From Nitrososphaera viennensis EN76 (GTDB taxonomy: Archaea > Thermoproteota > Nitrososphaeria > Nitrososphaerales > Nitrososphaeraceae), in NCBI RefSeq assembly GCF_000698785.1, contig NZ_CP007536.1, forward strand, positions 1,170,001 through 1,202,000: a DNA stretch of 32,000 nucleotides, written 5' to 3'. Each line of letters begins with the position of its first letter. Position 1 is the stretch's first letter. The notes beneath the pieces were generated by a model. The model saw nothing but the letters and a program-made list of their open reading frames with translations. It did no database searches and was not told where the DNA came from. The position numbers were made by a program, and so were the translations under genes. Positions 6,581-14,486 of this stretch are shown here, in pieces.

Positions 6581-7632
6581 ACATCGTCGCTTTCCAGCTT
6601 GCCCAGGTCCACTTCCGGGCGTACGGCTACATCCGGGGCTGCGGCGTGCTCGCCCCTTGAGCGCCACGCCTTGGGGTAGGTGTCCGGCCTCATTATCAGG
6701 CGCTTCATGACAAACGCGACTCCCCTTGCGCTTTCCTCTATCTGCTCTTTTGTCATTGCAGCCTCTGCAAGGCCGACTATCTCGCCCTTGAGAGTGTAGA
6801 CACCGACAAGCTCGCCTGCGCGCAGGTCCTTTGGCACCGCGATTACCCCGGGCACGGCAAGAGGAGCGCCGTGGCACAGCGCGTCCACCGCCGTATCGCG
6901 CACGGTTATGCCGCGGATTCCTTCAAGGCAGTGCTCTATCGGCCGGATGAGCCGGCGCAGCTTTTCCTCGTCGCCGGTTTCCTTGTAGCGCTGGTACGCG
7001 TCAGCAAGGTCGTGCAGGCGCACGAGGCCGTCCTTTTCATACAGGTTGCTCACCTGCGTGCGGCGCAGCTCCACCATCGTTGCGCCCGGCGACAGGACCT
7101 CGCCAATGTCATAGATTATCTTGCGGATGTACGTGCCGGCCTGGCAGAGCACGCGCATCAGTATCAGCCGGTCGTAATCCTCGATGTAGTCAAACGCGTA
7201 CACGGTGCGGACGCGGGTGACCCTCTTTACAGAAGAGCGCTGCGGCGGCCGCTGGTATATCTCGCCCGTGAATTCTTGCATTACCCGCCTTATCTTGTCT
7301 GCCGGCGCGTGCGCGTGCAGGCGCGCAAGGGCGTAGTATTCCTTTGGCCCGAGCAAGAGCACGCCAAGGGCTTTTGTCCCTTCGCCAAGGCCGATCGGCA
7401 AAAGCCCGGTCGCTCCAGGGTCAAGCGTCCCCGAGTGGCCGGCCTTTTCTATCTCCAGTATCCTCTTTACCCACGCCACGACCTCGTGGCTGGTCGGGCC
7501 CGCGGGCTTGTCCGCCAGTATCAGGCCATAATACAATAGCTCGCTTATCGGCCTCCTGTCGGGGTAGTGGCCGTAGCGCTCGTCTGTCACGTCCTCGTCC
7601 ACGTTGACGAGGTTTTCTAGTTGAGGGAACAT
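6577..7632 (-). CDS. cbf5: Cbf5, the H/ACA RNP pseudouridine synthase (TruB family with PUA domain)
   Basis: 351-aa ORF with the catalytic motif HSGTLDPGATG. The archaeal Cbf5 N-terminus has PISELLYYGLI-DKPAGPTSHEV, and the C-terminal region is PUA-like. Confidence 0.9.
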   Translation of the reverse strand: MFPQLENLVNVDEDVTDERYGHYPDRRPISELLYYGLILADKPAGPTSHEVVAWVKRILEIEKAGHSGTLDPGATGLLPIGLGEGTKALGVLLLGPKEYYALARLHAHAPADKIRRVMQEFTGEIYQRPPQRSSVKRVTRVRTVYAFDYIEDYDRLILMRVLCQAGTYIRKIIYDIGEVLSPGATMVELRRTQVSNLYEKDGLVRLHDLADAYQRYKETGDEEKLRRLIRPIEHCLEGIRGITVRDTAVDALCHGAPLAVPGVIAVPKDLRAGELVGVYTLKGEIVGLAEAAMTKEQIEESARGVAFVMKRLIMRPDTYPKAWRSRGEHAAAPDVAVRPEVDLGKLESDDV

Positions 7633-7639
7633 AATAATT

Positions 7640-8233
7640 TCACCGGCCCACCTGGCGCCTTACTATGAGCTTGGCGACTTCAATCAGCGCGTCCAGGCTC
7701 AAGAGGTCGGTGTTGAGCGCATAGTCGAACACCGAAAGGTCCTCCCCAAACGTAAAGCCATAGAGGTTCTTGTATATCTTGATGTTTTCGTTGTCGCGAA
7801 GGTTCACTATCTTCTCCGCCTCGGCCACCGCTATCCCGTCGCGGTTTGCCATGCGCTTTGCGCGGCTGTGCGCCGAGCCCTTGAGCCAGAACTTTATTAT
7901 CCTGCCGTCATTGACGAGCCACGGCAGGGTGTAGCTTGTTATCACGGCGCTTTCCGTTTTCAGTATCTCTTCCAGCTTTTTGTCGACGCGCTTGTCAAAG
8001 GTCGGGTCGCGCTTGCGCTCTTGCATGAACATCTTGGCTTCAGGCGTGTCCCACCAGTCGCTCTTTGCAGTGTCTGTAGAGTATCCTTTTTCCCGGGCAA
8101 GCATCTTCAGTATGTCGCCGCCGTTGTACATAGTCAGCCCGAATTCCTTGGCAAGCTCGCCGGCAATCGTGGTCTTGCCCACTGCCGGCCAGCCGGAGAT
8201 CACTATGCTCGGTTTTTTTGCTGTCGTGGCCAT
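7640..8233 (-). CDS. cmk: Archaeal-type cytidylate (CMP) kinase
   Basis: 197-aa ORF with the P-loop ISGWPAVGKTT. It occupies the conserved archaeal position after adk and the DUF106 gene. Confidence 0.8.
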   Translation of the reverse strand: MATTAKKPSIVISGWPAVGKTTIAGELAKEFGLTMYNGGDILKMLAREKGYSTDTAKSDWWDTPEAKMFMQERKRDPTFDKRVDKKLEEILKTESAVITSYTLPWLVNDGRIIKFWLKGSAHSRAKRMANRDGIAVAEAEKIVNLRDNENIKIYKNLYGFTFGEDLSVFDYALNTDLLSLDALIEVAKLIVRRQVGR

Positions 8234-8236
8234 GTC

Positions 8237-8848
8237 TCAGATGCTCGGCATGCTTGTCTTGGTGACCTTGCCCACAATGCCGGAAAAGGCAAACGACGTG
8301 AGCAGGAACCATCCCCACAGGTAGACCTCGCCGGGCACCTGGCACGCCCCCTTGGGGTTGCCCTGGTCGTCCAGCTGCTGGTGGTTCTGGACGTCCTGGT
8401 CGCTGCACATTATCCAGGGAATGTGTATCGGCGACAGGGCCACTACCTGGCCGAATATCGACGGAAAGACGAATATCCATATCAGAAACGACGGGAGCAT
8501 GTAGATGAGCATGGGGCGCATCTGCTGCTGTTGCACTTCAAGGGCCATCTTGTTGACGTAGGCCTGCTTTTTCTTCAGCTCTTCAATCTCGGCCTTGTTG
8601 CCTTTTTTCACGGCGGCGGTATAGGCCTTGCGCCAGTCGTTTGTCTCCTTCATTATCCTGTTGACGCGCTCGATGTCGGTCGTTTTCCGGCGCAGCATGG
8701 CAAACGCAAAGCTCATGGCGACAGATATCACCATCGCGACAATCGTCGCGGTGAGAAAGTCAGGGAATATCGGGTGCCTCGTGTACTGCGGCGAGAACAG
8801 CTGCAGTATCAGGCTGCCAAAGTCCAACATAGTTATCATCGTCATCAT
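8237..8848 (-). CDS. DUF106 / EMC3-TMCO1-like membrane protein (archaeal Oxa1/YidC-superfamily candidate)
   Basis: 203-aa ORF with TM segments flanking a basic coiled region (KETNDWRKAYTAAVKKGNKAEIEELKKKQAYVNK). It sits at the canonical archaeal position between adk and cmk. Confidence 0.75.
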   Translation of the reverse strand: MMTMITMLDFGSLILQLFSPQYTRHPIFPDFLTATIVAMVISVAMSFAFAMLRRKTTDIERVNRIMKETNDWRKAYTAAVKKGNKAEIEELKKKQAYVNKMALEVQQQQMRPMLIYMLPSFLIWIFVFPSIFGQVVALSPIHIPWIMCSDQDVQNHQQLDDQGNPKGACQVPGEVYLWGWFLLTSFAFSGIVGKVTKTSMPSI

Positions 8849-9450
8849 TTCAGCGGTTCTCCCCCTCCTGCAAGGATGTCGGCCACGCCTGCGGCCGCGT
8901 CGTCAACTTCGCCGTCGCCGTTTATCACGATTGCAAACGGCGCGCCGGTCAGGATAGAGCATGATGCCAGCATCATCTTGGAAAAGTCAAGGTCGTTTTT
9001 AATGGCTTCGGGCGAGGCCTCGTCGCGCTGGCGGGTCGGGTCGTTCTTCCTGCGCTCGGCAATTTCATGCGGGTCTGCTGCCACCATTATCAGGTTTGTC
9101 GGGTTCATGATGGTAATGAGTCTCATGGGAAGGCCGGGGTAATAGCCTTCGCGCGTGCTTATGAACAGGTGCGTGTCGACGATCACCACGTCGTCCTGCA
9201 TCTCGGCGATGCGGCGCGCCGCGGTCTCTTGCAGCTTTTTCTGCTGCTCGACAGGGAGCCGGCGCATCTCGTCACGGTTTTTCACGCCTATTTTTTGCGC
9301 CTCCTCAAACATCAGCGTCCCGTAGGTGACGACGGTTGCCTTGCGCTTTTGTGGCGACTGCGACAGCAGCTCCGCCGCGCGGGTGATGACCGTAGTCTTG
9401 CCCACGCCGGGGATGCCGACTATAATAGCGCGCTTGTTATTTCCTGCCAA
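8845..9450 (-). CDS. adkA: Archaeal adenylate kinase (AdkA type)
   Basis: 201-aa ORF with the P-loop GIPGVGKTT. It follows secY as in archaeal spc-like clusters and overlaps the secY 3' end by 14 nt. Confidence 0.9.
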   Translation of the reverse strand: MAGNNKRAIIVGIPGVGKTTVITRAAELLSQSPQKRKATVVTYGTLMFEEAQKIGVKNRDEMRRLPVEQQKKLQETAARRIAEMQDDVVIVDTHLFISTREGYYPGLPMRLITIMNPTNLIMVAADPHEIAERRKNDPTRQRDEASPEAIKNDLDFSKMMLASCSILTGAPFAIVINGDGEVDDAAAGVADILAGGGEPLK

Positions 9451-10870
9451 GGAGAGCCGCCAGTTTGGGCATGTATGTGTCGACCTGCTCTTTGACCAGC
9501 GTCTGGTAGTAGCTGACCATGATGTTCACCATCAGGAGTATGCCTGTGCCGGAGCCAAAGACGTTCAGGATATCAGATAGCGACGCAAGGAGGCCGATGA
9601 TGACGCCGCTGATTATCGTAAGCGACGGTATGTACCTGTTTAGCAGCGACTCGACCGAGTTCTCGGAGCGCCTGAAGCCGGGCACCTGCACGTCGGCGTC
9701 AAGCAGGTTCTTTGCGGCCGTCCTGGCCGAAAGCCCGCCCAGCTCCACCCAGAGCCTGGAAAAGACGGTCACGATGGCTGTAAAGAATATGACGTATATT
9801 ATCGCCCGCACAGGGTCCGCGGCCACGTGGTCAAGGCTCCTTGGAGACGTGATATAGTACAATATGCCGCCCGTTGGCGTCTGTTGGGAGCTTGGGTCAA
9901 ACTGCGCTATCCAGTTGAACGCAGGGTTTGCGTTGTTAGGGTTGTAGTTGGCCCACATCATCTGCCCCATGAACACCGCATTTGCGATGAGCGCTGACGA
10001 CAGGATGACGGGAATGACCGACGTGTACAGCAGCTTGATCGGATAGACTGCCGTAAAGCCCCTGTACTTTGTAGAGACTATGGGTATGTCGACGTGTATC
10101 CCCTCGATATACACGAGCACGAGTATGACTCCGACTGTGAGCCCGAGGGCGAACAGGCTTGGGAGCTGGCCCTGGCGGAAGAAGGCGTCCTGCCCGTGGC
10201 CGTCGATCGTGGATTGTATCGTAAACGGCAGTATGCCCGTGGGCCCGTCCTGCGCGGGGAATGGGCTGAACACGCTCCACAGAATCGTCTGGGCGATGCC
10301 GGCCATGATGAACAGCGAGAGGCCAGAACCTACGCCCCAGCCTTTTTGCACGAGCTCGTCAAGCAGCATGACCAGTACAGAGGCGCCGATGAGCTGCGCG
10401 ACTACGACCCCGATTATATGCGGGCCTGCGACGAGCGGGCCGTAGACGCTGACGCCGTACAGCGCGCCCTCTGCCACGATTACTATTATAGTCACTATCT
10501 TGGTCGCCGACGTAAAGAGCGACCTGTCGTCCGGGTTCTTGAAGTCAAGGCGGATGAGGTCCGAGCCCTTGAGCAGCTGCATCAAGAGCCCTGCCGTGAC
10601 TATGGGCCCGATGCCGAGCTCCATCAGCGTTCCCTGCTGCGCCGCAAAAATCACCCTTGCAAACGCAAGGAAGTCGAACTTGGGGTCGCTTGTCACTCCG
10701 TAGAGCGGGATCTGCCCCATGACGAGATAGAGGAGTAGTGCAATGCCCGTCCAGGCAAACTTTTCAGTCAGCGTGATCTTTTTCTTGGGCTTTGGGACCT
10801 GCGGGACATATGCCGACGCCGACCTTATAACGCGGCGAAGGATATTCTCATTCTGAGTCGTGCTGCTCAT
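9437..10870 (-). CDS. secY: Preprotein translocase subunit SecY
   Basis: 477-aa ORF with 10-TM-type hydrophobicity and conserved SecY stretches (GIGPIVTAGLLMQLL, GSGLSLFI). Its position after uL15 is typical. Confidence 0.95.
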   Translation of the reverse strand: MSSTTQNENILRRVIRSASAYVPQVPKPKKKITLTEKFAWTGIALLLYLVMGQIPLYGVTSDPKFDFLAFARVIFAAQQGTLMELGIGPIVTAGLLMQLLKGSDLIRLDFKNPDDRSLFTSATKIVTIIVIVAEGALYGVSVYGPLVAGPHIIGVVVAQLIGASVLVMLLDELVQKGWGVGSGLSLFIMAGIAQTILWSVFSPFPAQDGPTGILPFTIQSTIDGHGQDAFFRQGQLPSLFALGLTVGVILVLVYIEGIHVDIPIVSTKYRGFTAVYPIKLLYTSVIPVILSSALIANAVFMGQMMWANYNPNNANPAFNWIAQFDPSSQQTPTGGILYYITSPRSLDHVAADPVRAIIYVIFFTAIVTVFSRLWVELGGLSARTAAKNLLDADVQVPGFRRSENSVESLLNRYIPSLTIISGVIIGLLASLSDILNVFGSGTGILLMVNIMVSYYQTLVKEQVDTYMPKLAALLGRK

Positions 10871-11288
10871 CGGCTATAACCTCGCCACCTGCTGCCGTGA
10901 TCTTGGCTCTGGCTCCCTCTGACACTTTTGCAACCTTGATAGTGTAAGCGCCGCTGATCTTGCCTCCGCCCAGCAGCTTGTCATAGCCAAGCGCGGTCAG
11001 GTCGAGGACGACCTTTCCCTTTTCGTCGGCCTTGCCGTGCTTGGCAAAGACCGCGTCGAGGTCGCGGACGTTGAGCCACGTGTTCACGACGTTGCGGTTA
11101 AAAGAGTTGAACGCGTCGTGACCAAAGTGGTTTGGTTCTTCGATTACTGTCCTTATAAAGAAGTGCTTGTGCTTGCCAGCGCCGCCAATGCCTCCACGGC
11201 TTCCTGCCTGCCTGTGCTGGCCAATCTGTCCCCAGCCGCAGTACCTGCTTCCACGCTGCCTTCTGCTTTTTCGGAATCTAGTAGCCAT
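10848..11288 (-). CDS. rpl15: Ribosomal protein uL15
   Basis: 146-aa ORF with the basic Gly-rich N-terminus RKSRRQRGSRYCGWGQIGQHRQAGSRGGIGGAG. Synteny is uL30-uL15-SecY. Confidence 0.9.
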   Translation of the reverse strand: MATRFRKSRRQRGSRYCGWGQIGQHRQAGSRGGIGGAGKHKHFFIRTVIEEPNHFGHDAFNSFNRNVVNTWLNVRDLDAVFAKHGKADEKGKVVLDLTALGYDKLLGGGKISGAYTIKVAKVSEGARAKITAAGGEVIADEQHDSE

Positions 11289-11363
11289 AATTAATCACAT
11301 CATCATCCTGTTGCTATTATGCTGGAGTTGTTTCAATTTCATATTCACCTTAATTAAGTCTTA

Positions 11364-11822
11364 CTAGAGCATCCTCTTTACGATCTCGGCAAGCTCCTCG
11401 TCGTCGCCAAGCACGCCTGCCTGCGAGTACTGCTGCTTTGTCTTTCTCTTGAATCCACCCTTTGGCGGCGAAAGTGCAAACCACGGCTTGATGCCCTCCA
11501 CCTTGGACATTGCGATTTTGTTGTCTGCAATTGCCGCCGCAAGCTCGTCGATGCTCTTGTATTCCTTTGGCAGGTCCGCCTTGGTTATCGGCTTGTAGCC
11601 GGCCTTCCTGCCCCTCTTCTCAAGAAGCTCCTTTACCGTGGCCGCGTCGGCCTTGGTCCAGGCGACTACTTCCTTGACCTTGCGGAGCATGCCAAGCGAC
11701 TCGTCCGACTCGGGGACCAGGGTCGCGCGAAAACGCCTGTCTAGGTTGAGGTTGTCAAGCGTGGTCCTTGCCCACGTCGGTATGTTTACCGTGCCCTTGA
11801 TTCTAACAACGAGATATGCCAT
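11364..11822 (-). CDS. rpl30: Ribosomal protein uL30
   Basis: It begins MAYLVVRIKGTVNIPTWARTTLDNLNL, typical of uL30. The ORF track extends it to 11837 through MMMIIM, and I prefer the ATG at 11822. The start is uncertain by up to 15 nt. Confidence 0.9.
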   Translation of the reverse strand: MAYLVVRIKGTVNIPTWARTTLDNLNLDRRFRATLVPESDESLGMLRKVKEVVAWTKADAATVKELLEKRGRKAGYKPITKADLPKEYKSIDELAAAIADNKIAMSKVEGIKPWFALSPPKGGFKRKTKQQYSQAGVLGDDEELAEIVKRML

Positions 11823-11833
11823 GATTATCATCA

Positions 11834-12454
11834 TCAACCTACGCTGTACGTGCTTCTCAGCGCGTTAAAGACTGCCTTCGTCGTCGAGGACATTGTGTTT
11901 GTAGAGCCAAACGTCTTGGTCCACGAGTCTTTCAGGCCTGCAAGCTTTAGCAGGTTCTTGATGTTCTCGCCTGCCACCAGGCCAAGCCCTCTTGGACCGG
12001 GGATGATTTCGAGTGTGACGCTTCCGCCCTTGCCCCTCACCTTGAACGGCACAGAGTGGAGCTGCGTGCACTTGCACTCCCAGCTTCCGCACCCGAGCTT
12101 TACCGGGATGACGTTGAGGTACGCTGCATTAGTAGCCTTGTCTATTGCAAGACGCATCTGCGAGGCCTTGCCCTTGCCGATGCCGAACCAGCCTGCCTCG
12201 TTTCCTACCGCCACGAGGGCGTTGAAGCGGGTCATCTCGCCAGCGTCCGTCTGCTTTTGCACGATGCCGACGTGCACAACCTGGCTCTTGATGTCAGGCA
12301 ACAGGTGCTTGACTATCTCGGATTCCTGGATGCGAAGGCCATTCTCGTATATCTGGTCCATCGAGGTTATCTTGCCTGCCAGCACATCACGCCCTAGCGT
12401 GGTGCGTGGCTTCCATTCTGCCTGCTGCTGTTGGGATGAAAACATGCTGCTCAT
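11834..12454 (-). CDS. rps5: Ribosomal protein uS5
   Basis: 206-aa ORF with the dsRBD-like and S5 C-terminal signatures VGNEAGWFGIGKGKA and GPRGLGLVAG. It has an ATGA overlap with uL18. Confidence 0.95.
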   Translation of the reverse strand: MSSMFSSQQQQAEWKPRTTLGRDVLAGKITSMDQIYENGLRIQESEIVKHLLPDIKSQVVHVGIVQKQTDAGEMTRFNALVAVGNEAGWFGIGKGKASQMRLAIDKATNAAYLNVIPVKLGCGSWECKCTQLHSVPFKVRGKGGSVTLEIIPGPRGLGLVAGENIKNLLKLAGLKDSWTKTFGSTNTMSSTTKAVFNALRSTYSVG

Positions 12455-13164
12455 TCTTTCTTCTTACCTGCCTTTTCTGATTTCTTGGGTTTTTCTTCCT
12501 TCTTTTGAGAAGAAGCCTTCTTGTCCTTTGAAGATTTTTCTTCCATTGCCGGCGCCGCTGCCTCCTTCTTTTCCTTCTTTGGTTTGGGTGCTTCCGCAGC
12601 CTTGCCGGAGATCTTGAACCTGACCTCCTCAAAGTGCGCGGGGTAGTCTTCCGGCTTTAGCCCGTTCTTCAAAAGCGCTGAAAATCGTGATTTGTATTCT
12701 TCCTCGTTTGCCTTGAGGCTTGACGCGTAGTCGGCGATGTGCTGGCCGGAGATCCTCTCGGCGTCCGGGAGCGACTCTTCCGATATCGGGATGTTGACGC
12801 CCGAGTCGGCAATGCCCTTTGCGCAGGTCGCCACACGAGTGGTGAAGTGGTCCTTGCCGATGTAGAGGACTGCCTTGTTCGTGCCATTCTCAAGCGCCTT
12901 CTTGCCGAGGAGCAGGCCCGTCAGGTAGCACGCCGGCAGGCTGTTTGTAGAGCCCTTCCAGCCATGCTTGGTAACCAGCTCGTGGCTGTGCGCTGACGCG
13001 ATGACCAGATCGCCTGTCGGGGTCGGCTTTAGGATCTGGGCGGCCACGTTCTGGTCGGTAACTTTGACAGTGGCAAACGAGTGCCTGCCGACAATGACGG
13101 CGGCCCTCTTGCGATAATTAGTCTTGTCAAGACGGATTCTCTTGAGAGTACGGACATAAGTCAA
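12451..13164 (-). CDS. rpl18: Ribosomal protein uL18 (L18P/L5e) with a Lys-rich C-terminal tail of about 51 aa
   Basis: 237-aa ORF. The N-terminal roughly 185 aa are uL18-like (RLDKTNYRKR...HGWKGSTNSLPACYLTGLLLGKKA). The tail is GKAAEAPKPKKEKKE...KPKKSEKAGKKKE. Confidence 0.9.
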   Translation of the reverse strand: MTYVRTLKRIRLDKTNYRKRAAVIVGRHSFATVKVTDQNVAAQILKPTPTGDLVIASAHSHELVTKHGWKGSTNSLPACYLTGLLLGKKALENGTNKAVLYIGKDHFTTRVATCAKGIADSGVNIPISEESLPDAERISGQHIADYASSLKANEEEYKSRFSALLKNGLKPEDYPAHFEEVRFKISGKAAEAPKPKKEKKEAAAPAMEEKSSKDKKASSQKKEEKPKKSEKAGKKKE

Positions 13165-13214
13165 TGAGTGCCATTCACTTCCTGTTTGATTAGAGATGCA
13201 AAAATTCTATAGCA

Positions 13215-13223
13215 CTTATAAAC
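13215..13223 (-). promoter_or_regulatory. TATA-box candidate (minus-strand GTTTATAAG) for the uL18-led ribosomal/secY cluster
   Basis: It lies in the 60-nt spacer between the larB stop (13225) and the uL18 start (13164), about 55 nt upstream of the start codon. Confidence 0.35.
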
Positions 13224-13224
13224 G

Positions 13225-14016
13225 TTAACGGGTCTGCCTCGTCGCAGACTTGGCAACAGACGCTGCAAACGCGCCGGCGCCCACTCCGTTGTCGATGTTG
13301 ACCACCGCAAGGCCAAGCGTGCAGCTCTGCAGCATCGACGCAAGCGCTGCGATGCCGTCCGCGCCAAAGCCATAGCCCACCGACGTCGGGACGCCCACCA
13401 CCGGGACGTCAACCATCGACGCGACCACCGACGCAAGCGCCCCTTCCATGCCTGCCACCACCACTATTGCACCCACCTTTTTTGCGAGCATCTCCTTGAG
13501 AGATGGAAACACCCTGTGCATGCCGGCTATCCCGATGTCATAGCTTGTGATGGTGTCGCAGCCCATCGCCTCTGCCACCAGCCGCGCCTCTTCTGCTACG
13601 CCAATGTCAGAAGTGCCGGCGGCCATTATCCCCACCCTGCCGAGCGCCTTCTCCTTTTGTTGTTTTTGCGACTTGGTATTTGCAACAATGATCGTGGTGC
13701 TGTTCCTGCCCACCTCTACTGAAAGGCCCTTTTTCTTTAGTGCAGAGACGAGTTTTGCCAGATCCTTCTTTTTCACCCTGCTCACCACCACCCGGCCGTT
13801 GCGCTTGACTGCTGCCTGCGCGATCCGGAGCGTGTCGGCGTACTCCTTTCTCTCTGCAAAGACTATCTCGGGCAGGCCCTTTCTCATCTCCCGGCCTACG
13901 TCCAGCTTGGCAATGTTGTCGACGTGCTCTATTGCATGGATAGAGATCTCTTTCTGCGCCTCCTCCGCGGTTATCGCTCCCTTGGCGAATTTCTCAAGGA
14001 TGGTGCGCAGATCCAA
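13225..14016 (-). CDS. larB: LarB-like NaAD carboxylase/hydrolase (PurE/AIR-carboxylase fold; NPN cofactor biosynthesis)
   Basis: 263-aa ORF with the N-terminal helical domain ILEKFAKGAITAEEAQKEI. The PurE-like core has GRVGIMAAGTSDIGVAEEA and VVVAGMEGALASVVA. It has a TTG start. Confidence 0.85.
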   Translation of the reverse strand: MDLRTILEKFAKGAITAEEAQKEISIHAIEHVDNIAKLDVGREMRKGLPEIVFAERKEYADTLRIAQAAVKRNGRVVVSRVKKKDLAKLVSALKKKGLSVEVGRNSTTIIVANTKSQKQQKEKALGRVGIMAAGTSDIGVAEEARLVAEAMGCDTITSYDIGIAGMHRVFPSLKEMLAKKVGAIVVVAGMEGALASVVASMVDVPVVGVPTSVGYGFGADGIAALASMLQSCTLGLAVVNIDNGVGAGAFAASVAKSATRQTR

Positions 14017-14357
14017 CGCTTCAGGGTTTGGACAAAAAGGGATAAAAGGTTTCCAGGAGCCGCGGCTATAACGCCCACCCCGGCGTTTGTAAAGAAGAAC
14101 GTTATCTGGTTAAAGACGCCGGCGCGGGAGAGAAAATAATTGTGCATATCAATGAATCTCAGAAATAAAGAGCGCCGTGAGATCGGCTCCTGCAGTTCGG
14201 CAGGGGACAGACAAAAACTCAACCTCAAATTAGTTCCTTAATACCGGACAGTCCAACAACAATACATATGATGATGCCAGCTAGCGCAGGCTGCGCCCAA
14301 AAGGGACACCGTCGCATCTCTTTTGTGCGCATTTCACGCGATAGTGTGATCAGGAGT

Positions 14358-14418
14358 TTATGCACGTACGTGCTCATTTTATGCATTTATGCACGCTCAA
14401 AATTTGGCCTTATGCACG
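14358..14418. repeat. Three direct copies of TTATGCACG (14358-66, 14387-95, 14410-18) plus degenerate copies, including the 12-nt palindrome GCACGTACGTGC (14362-73)
   Basis: I read these directly in the 470-nt non-coding spacer between mdh and larB. Confidence 0.7.
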
Positions 14419-14437
14419 CGCCTTGTATGCTGCGCAC

Positions 14438-14444
14438 AAAAAAA
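14438..14444 (-). terminator. T7 run (minus strand) about 45 nt downstream of the mdh stop; candidate archaeal terminator
   Basis: The plus strand shows GCGCACAAAAAAAGAGA, so the minus-strand transcript would read UCUCUUUUUUUGUGCGC. Confidence 0.45.
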
Positions 14445-14486
14445 GAGACATGCAATGTCCCAGTCGTTCCAGAAAAAGAAGTAAAG

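Noticed and set aside
6871-7539. A 222-aa plus-strand ORF.
   Set aside because: It is antisense to cbf5, which carries the catalytic GTLDP motif.
7868-9142. A 424-aa plus-strand ORF, the second-longest plus-strand ORF-track entry after ycaO.
   Set aside because: It runs antisense across cmk, the DUF106 gene and adk, all of which have clear motifs. Its sequence is Arg/His/Leu-rich and low in complexity, typical of the shadow frame of GC-rich genes.
10094-10738. A 214-aa plus-strand ORF.
   Set aside because: It is antisense to secY.
11850-12617. A 255-aa plus-strand ORF.
   Set aside because: It is antisense to uS5 and the uL18 tail. The same applies to 24712..25356 (antisense to gatB) and 26590..27195 (antisense to gatA, gatC and aspS).
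14225-14386. A 53-aa minus-strand ORF (MHKMSTYVHKLL...) with a hydrophobic C-terminal segment, inside the repeat-bearing spacer.
   Set aside because: Third-position composition is unbiased, unlike real genes here, and its start is made of the repeat motif itself. I kept it only as a remote possibility under the spacer finding.
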